Shown one piece after another: positions 54,926 through 64,000 of a DNA stretch of 64,000 bases. The notes beneath the pieces are model-generated. The model was not told the DNA's origin, ran no database searches, and worked only from the letters and a program-made list of their open reading frames with translations. This DNA comes from the human T2T-CHM13v2.0 reference genome, Homo sapiens. The translations under genes were made by a program, and so were the position numbers. Every line of letters begins with the position of its first letter. The stretch's first letter is position 1. Where the stretch lies: the NCBI RefSeq assembly GCF_009914755.1, contig NC_060933.1. The stretch is one strand, 5' to 3'.

Positions 54926-55353
54926 CGTCCCCAGTGACACTAATTCAGCCAGCTTCCTTCAAAAGTAGAACCAGTTATATTCATTCTGGGTGGAAATGCA
55001 TTCTTTTTCTTTTTTAAAAATTAAATTTAGCACAGAACATTGCTTAGCTTGTTGTAGATACTCAGTAGATATTATGAATGAATCACTGAGTGGCTCCTCT
55101 TTAACCCTGGAGGTAGCTTAGAGTGCCTTTTAAACGCTAGCAACTAGAACAGTGGGGTGGGGGTGAGGATAATAAAAAGCAACTTTGCTTCCAATGTGTT
55201 TTCTAAAATTTATACTTGAGGATTAAGCTACTGTCATATTATGAAGTGCAAAAATTGTTGCCATGAAGACGAACTAGTTTAAGAAAAGACTTTGGATGAA
55301 TTTACATTTTGACTACTTAGAATTTTTTTGATCAAGTTTTAAAATATATCTTT

Positions 55354-55644
55354 TGGCTGGGTGCGGGGCTCACGCCTGTAATCCCAGCACCTTGGGAGGC
55401 CAAGGCAGGTGGATCACTTGAGGTCAGGAGTTCGAGACCAGCCTGGCCAACATGGTGAAACCCTGTCTCTACTAAAAATACAAAAATTAGCCAAGCATGG
55501 TGGCAGGCACCTGTAATCCCAGCTACTCAGGTGGCTGAGACAGGAGAATCGCTTGAACCTGGGAGGCGGAAGTTGCAGTGAGCTGAGATTGAGCCACTGC
55601 ACTGCGTCCTGGGTGACAGAGCGAGACCCTGCCTCAAAAAAAAA
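55354..55644 (+). mobile_element. Alu (S) whose tail runs into the AT-rich minisatellite
   Basis: Alu consensus. Confidence 0.93.
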
Positions 55645-56576
55645 TATATATATATAATATATATTACATAATATATAATATATATAATATATATTACATA
55701 ATATATAATATATATAATATATATTACATAATATATAATATATATAATATATATTACATAATATATAATATATATAATATATATTACATAATATATAATA
55801 TATATAATATATATTACATAATATATAATATATATAATATATATTACATAATATATAATATATATAATATATATTACATAATATATAATATATATAATAT
55901 ATATTACATAATATATAATATATATAATATATATTACATAATATATATTACGTAATATATAATATATATAATATATATATTATATATTATATAATATATA
56001 TAATGTATATATTATATATTATATAATATATATAATGTATATATTATATATTATATTATATATAATGTATATATTATATATTATATAATATATATAATGT
56101 ATATATTATATATTATATAATATATATAATGTATATATTATATATTATATTATATATAATGTATATATTATATATTATATAATATATAATATATAATGTA
56201 TATATTATATATTATATAATATATAATGTATATATTATATATTATATAATATATAATGTATATATTATATATTATATAATATATAATGTATATATTATAT
56301 ATTATATAATATATAATGTATATATTATATATTATATAATATATAATGTATATATTATATATTATATAATATATAATGTATATATTATATATTATATAAT
56401 ATATAATGTATATATTATATATTATATAATATATAATGTATATATTATATATTATATAATATATAATGTATATATTATATATTATATAATATATAATGTA
56501 TATATTATATATTATATAATATATAATGTATATATTATATATTATATAATATATAATGTATATATTATATATATAT
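55645..56576. repeat. AT-rich compound minisatellite (30-bp and ~32-bp units)
   Basis: 9 perfect copies of TATATAATATATATTACATAATATATAATA (55651-55920) and 12 perfect copies of ATATAATGTATATATTATATATTATATAAT (56191-56550), with ~32-bp variants between them. Confidence 0.97.
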
Positions 56577-56693
56577 ACACATACACACACATATATTTAT
56601 ATAAATGCATTGGATAAGTATTTGTCTTCATTTAGAACGTGATTTATGGCTTTGTCAGGACTATAAATTACATTCTAAATTTGGATCCAGATT

Positions 56694-57011
56694 TCTTATT
56701 TCTTTCCTTTTTTTTTTTGAGACAGAGTCTCACCATTGCCCAGTTTGGAGTACAGTGGCATGATGATAGCTCACTGCAGCCTCCAACTCCCTGGCTCAAG
56801 CAATCCTCCAGCCTCAGCCTCCCAAATAACTGGGATTACAGGCAGGTGCCACCACACCTGGCTAATTTTTGTATTTTTAGTAAAGATGGGGTTTCACCAT
56901 GTTGACCAGGCTGGTCTTGAACTCCTGACCTCAGATGATTCACCATCCCCCTGGGCCTCCCAAAGTGCTGGGAGGAAGTGTGATTATAGTGTGAGCCACC
57001 ACACCCTGCCC
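56694..57011 (-). mobile_element. Alu
   Basis: Antisense Alu consensus with small insertions. Confidence 0.9.
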
Positions 57012-57099
57012 TCTTTTTGTGTCTTATAACTGCCAGATAAAAGGCATTCAATTAGTTTGGAAGAAAAAAATGAAGAAAAGAAGAATGAAAAAGAAGGGC

Positions 57100-57172
57100 A
57101 AGAGGGAGGGAGGGAGGGAGAGAGGGGAAGAGAGGGTGGGAAGGAAGGAAGGAAGGAAGGAAGGAAGGAAGG
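57100..57172. repeat. Purine tract including (GGAA)8 at 57139-57170
   Basis: Seen directly. Confidence 0.9.
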
Positions 57173-57415
57173 GACTTAATAATTCATGGAAAAAAGGAGA
57201 GAAAAATCAATACTTTTCATTCATATGAAATACTTTTTCAAAGAATGATCTCAAAATAAGCAAGACCCAAAGAATCATCAAAAGTGAATTATCTTATTTC
57301 AACGAACATAGAAAGCTCAGCAATTCAATTCACAAACTTCAATTCTAACTCATCAAACAGGTTTTGGAGCACCCACTACAGGCAAAGCCACCATAGTAAG
57401 CAGTGTTACATAGGT

Positions 57416-58080
<665 letters not shown>

Positions 58081-58225
58081 CCCAAATATTGTCTTGTAAC
58101 AAGGTGAAATTAACATGTTGTCCTTTGAAAAATTTATTAACTAGTGTTTGTGGGGATGGAGGAAGGGAAAGAAAGAAAAGAAGTGTAATAATTAGTCAGC
58201 TTAAGTCAAGGTAAAATAAAATATG

Positions 58226-58585
58226 TGATATGGTTTGGCTGTGTCCCCACTCAAATTTCATCTTGAATTGTAGCTCCTGTAATTCCCGGGTGTGGGACAG
58301 ACCCACTAGGGGGTACTTGAATCACGGGGGTCTTTCCTGTGCTGTTCTCGTAATAGTGAATAAGTCTCATGAGATCTGATGGTTTTATAAAGGGGGGTTC
58401 TCCTGCACATGCTCTGTCTTGCCTGCCACCATGTAAGACGTATCTTTGCTCCTTCTTTGCCTTCCACCATGATTGTGAGGCCTCCCCAGACATGTGAAAC
58501 TGTGAGTCTATTAAACCTCTTTTTCTTTATAAATTACCCAGTCTCCGGTATGTCTTTATTAGCAGCATGAGAACAGACTAATACA
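58226..58585 (+). mobile_element. THE1 (MaLR) solo LTR
   Basis: TGATATGGTTTGGCTGTGTCCCCAC...GAGAACAGACTAATACA. Confidence 0.92.
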
Positions 58586-60552
58586 ATGTGTCATAGGAAA
58601 GGGACCTAAAAAGGAATGAAAGAAATCACATCCAGTTCTAGACATGAGGAGAGGCTATGCCACTTGAGTTAACTTTGAGCCAAGTCCAAAAGGTGGGTAT
58701 TCTAACTAGAGAGCACAGCCTGAACAAAGACACAGAGGCAGGGAAATCCAAGGTCCCTGTGGGGACCCCAAGTGCAAACATTTTAGGTGGATATCACCCC
58801 AATAATCCCACCCACTTCTAGATATATCCCAAAGAATTGGCAACTGGAGAATGAAGCAGGTTAAAAGACAGGTAAATACAGCCGTCTTTCAGAGTCCTTT
58901 TATGAATGAAACAGGCTAGGAGTATATACATGTATGCATACCTACATGCTTGCATGTACACACAACATAAATATATAACATCTTTTAAAAGTGTTTCTCT
59001 TTATGGTTGAAAACTGCCCAGCACAAAAGCACTTTAACATCTTTATGCCAGTTACGCCTATGAGCTCCATCGCAGCGGAGGAAGTTTAACTCACATAGGA
59101 ACTCCACAGTTGTGTTCTGGGAACATCTTCCATGTGCTTTTTGTTAACTAATATGTCAGAATATCAGGAAAACTGAGTTATAATGCTCAGTGCTGGAATG
59201 CTGAATCCTTAGCTACATATGCCTCCCATCTACAATTTCATGCTTTTTGAGAAACTAATCCAGGCATTACATTATTGTCAGTGCCTCCCCAAATATTCCT
59301 TGCTAATTATTCTGCTTGTTTTCAAAGGTTCTCTTAGTACAGGTATTTCCTGTTTTATTTCAAAATTAATGATAAATGATAGGCTTTTGAAGATTTGGAG
59401 AATGAATTGTGGTCCAAGAAACATTTTTTTTTTAAATTATTGGATAGACATTGGCTAAAGTGTTCCAACAGTTTTCCTTCTCTCAAGTTGAAATGGTAAC
59501 TATTTTTTTTCCACAGTCATAAATTCTTGAGGACTTAAATATATTTTGAGAAGTTTATTTGCAGAATATATTTTCAAAATGAAAGCATCACGATATATTT
59601 TCACAACGAGTAAAAGTCGCACTTTTGCATTCATTCAATTCTGTGGCATTGTCTCCATAATAGCTACCATTCTAGTACTTAATCATTTTAATATGGGTTA
59701 GTGCTTTTATTCTTTTTAATTGCCAAGGAAACTTAAGAGAAATGCTTTTGAATTGACAAATACCCATTTTAGGAAGTATCTGTCAATTTTTTTCACTGTC
59801 AGCATTGCTGGTGATGGAATGGTTTACAGAACATCCATTTCCTTTTATTTTTCCTTTAAGGAGATGATAGTATCTCAAGAAGTTACAAGGTAAATTACAG
59901 TCCAGTTTCCAATGTTAAAGCCATCAGTGCAAACCCTGATGGGCAAATAATGTCCTTGAAAGTTATTATTATTAAAAAAAATTTGCACTTCATATAGAAA
60001 TTACAGTTTTATTCTTTGCCTGGGTTAGTCATAAGGGAGACGTTTTTCTTGGGTCCTAATGGGGTTCTACTTTACCCCTCAAATTGTACCTTGAACTTCC
60101 CCTTTTCTACAGTTTTGTACCCACTCTTGCCTCTTCTGACTCAGATTCTGTGCCCCAAAACCTGCACTATGCTTAAGATAAGAATGCTCTTTCTGGCCGA
60201 AAGTGAATATGACTGGCACCACTTGCCCTCCCTGAAAACCTGGGCAGAGAACCAGAGAATCACACCTGGCACTCTGCTCCTGTCCAAGGAAGATGGAAAC
60301 GGGGCATGTTGAACTTCAGCTGCCAACATGACTGAAGTTACCTGGCCCTCCACACGCCTTTGTTCTGGTCATGAAAGATCACAGTGACCTAAGGCCATAC
60401 CCAAACCTGAAGGAGAGCCTCTCTTTTCCTTTGTATCACTGCCATGGCCTCTGAGATTATGAAAACTAATCTTATATTTGTAGCACTTTTTTTGGATCAC
60501 CAGTTCTATAATAGAACTGAAAAAAAGTTTGTATGTATGCGTATATATGTGG

Positions 60553-60554
<2 letters not shown>

Positions 60555-60582
<28 letters not shown>
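60555..60582. repeat. (CA)n microsatellite
   Basis: Seen directly. Confidence 0.9.
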
Positions 60583-60586
<4 letters not shown>

Positions 60587-61381
60587 GTACTCACATACAT
60601 GTATGTATATCCTAAAAATAAACTTCTCAAAAAAATTAAGAGAATTGTTTTCAGAATTTCATTGTCATACTGTGTTCCTTTGGGCAACAAATAGAAATTT
60701 TAATACATTTAGATTAGAAAATTTAATACGATGTATTAAATGTAAGGACAATGATGTCCTTACATTTACCAAAGTTATTGAATTGCTTGTCGCAACCACC
60801 TGGTGGGTTGGCAGTTAGGTTTACATGCTGAGAAGTAGGAGGAAAAGTAGTAATGATTAAAAATACATTTAAGTGCTACTCTTGCCTCCAGCTGGTTTAT
60901 TTTGGACATCATAAACCTTTTTTTTTCAGGATCTAATATTTGGGAGTATGCTTGAGAAAACAGAGCTTCAGGAAAAGCTAAGAACAACCTCGTTTTGGCT
61001 GACTCATTCTGACTTTAAAGTAATATGTCTTTATAGAACATGCTAAGAGTTCAAAGTCTACTTTTATATTTTCCATATTTCTTATTAGAGAAAAATATTA
61101 TAACCCATGTATTTGTTTAATTCCTGCTTTTATTTCAATGGGATAAGCACAGCATCCTTTTGTCATGAAAGGAAACATGACAGCATAGTTTCTTTCTTAT
61201 CATCTTCTTGGTGTTCCTTCAGCCCCACAAGCTACAGAAGTGGGGTTGAGGCTCTTATCAGACAAGCTGTCTCCATGCGCTAGTCTTAAAAAACATAGTA
61301 GATAGGAATAAAGTATAGAAACAAAGAATATTCAGCAGTGTTAGAACTGTGGCTCAGAAAGAATACAAACTTGGGTTGTAA

Positions 61382-62790
<1,409 letters not shown>

Positions 62791-63062
62791 GGTAAGATAC
62801 TTAACTACTTCATTTCTTGGAGCTTAAGTTTCCCCAGTAACATGGTGATGAGCCTGACTTATGGTGTCTTCATTATAATAAAAAAAATTACAGCTGTAAA
62901 AATACTCACATTGTACTAGTCACCCTAGCAACTTCCACAGGTACATGGGTATAATTAGCAAATTGTTTCTTTCTATTCTCAGGCCGTTTTCGAAGTGTAA
63001 ATTTTCTTTTCTGCAATTTTCCCCTCCAGATCCTACTGCTAAATTACTTCTGGATTTACTAA

Positions 63063-63410
<348 letters not shown>

Positions 63411-64000
63411 CCAATCTGGTAGACTTTCGAAATCCTTCTTTCCTTGTTGTATCATACAGCTCGTGACCTTGGTTCCACAATGGCCCATGCTCTACTTTCC
63501 TGTTTTCCTCCATGCTTCTCTGCTGCCCACAGCAGCAAGAAAACCAAACCCCTCCCTGAATCAGGGTACCTGCTCCATATCTTCTGGACCAGTTCTCCAA
63601 ACTGGCTGGGCATTGGGAACAGTGGGGAAGTTGTTGAAACACTCAGATACGTGCAGATTCTGATTCACTAGGTTACCACCAAATATGCGTGGTGACATGG
63701 CACACTTTAGCTGGACGAACTCACCTCCAACTGGAAGATGTAAGGAACAACTCATTTTTCCTTTATCTCACTTTGCGTGTCTTCTGAGGACCCCATTTTC
63801 TTCTATGTACTCTAAGTCACTGGACATAATCTTAGTCTTCTTGCTCTTCTGATGACTAACTCTTGGCTTTCCCTAGAGCCTCCAGCATGCCAAATCACAC
63901 TGGTTCTCAAAAAACTTTCTTCAGCTCTCATGTTCCTCCCTCTTCCATCTCTTTTCTCTGAACTTGAAGCAGCTATTCCTTCTCCTCTCCCCTGCATGCC

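Noticed and set aside
56168-56590. 140-aa ([10 protein letters not shown])n ORF
   Set aside because: It is simply the translation of the 30-bp AT minisatellite.

Overview
This is primate genomic DNA, almost certainly human, and very rich in Alu, L1 and LTR elements; nothing in it is prokaryotic. I recognise the minus-strand sequence ...GGCTGCACTTGACAACCAGCATGCCGAGATG|gtaag, inside a ~2 kb CpG island (~17.9-19.9 kb), as exon 1 of BNC2 (basonuclin 2, 9p22), whose first exon contributes only the initiator ATG. That identification is from recall, not a database search. On that reading, bases 1-18493 are the promoter-proximal part of BNC2 intron 1, and ~19-64 kb is the upstream regulatory region known for pigmentation, skin-cancer and ovarian-cancer associations. 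The only supportable coding bases are the 3-nt ATG; all other ORFs in the track come from repeats or GC-rich sequence. The most interesting observations are: (i) an ATG-terminal first exon with an out-of-frame uATG 8 nt upstream and a stop-free in-frame leader; (ii) two independent ERV9/LTR12 solo LTRs, both co-oriented with BNC2, 5-12 kb upstream; (iii) a repeat-free, motif-dense enhancer-like block at ~32.6-33.35 kb; and (iv) a ~930-bp AT-rich minisatellite grown from an Alu tail, whose strand polarity flips across a perfect 20-bp palindrome (PATRR-like). I cannot demonstrate a wholly new biological system; these are testable hypotheses. Repeat boundaries and subfamily calls were made by eye and are approximate.
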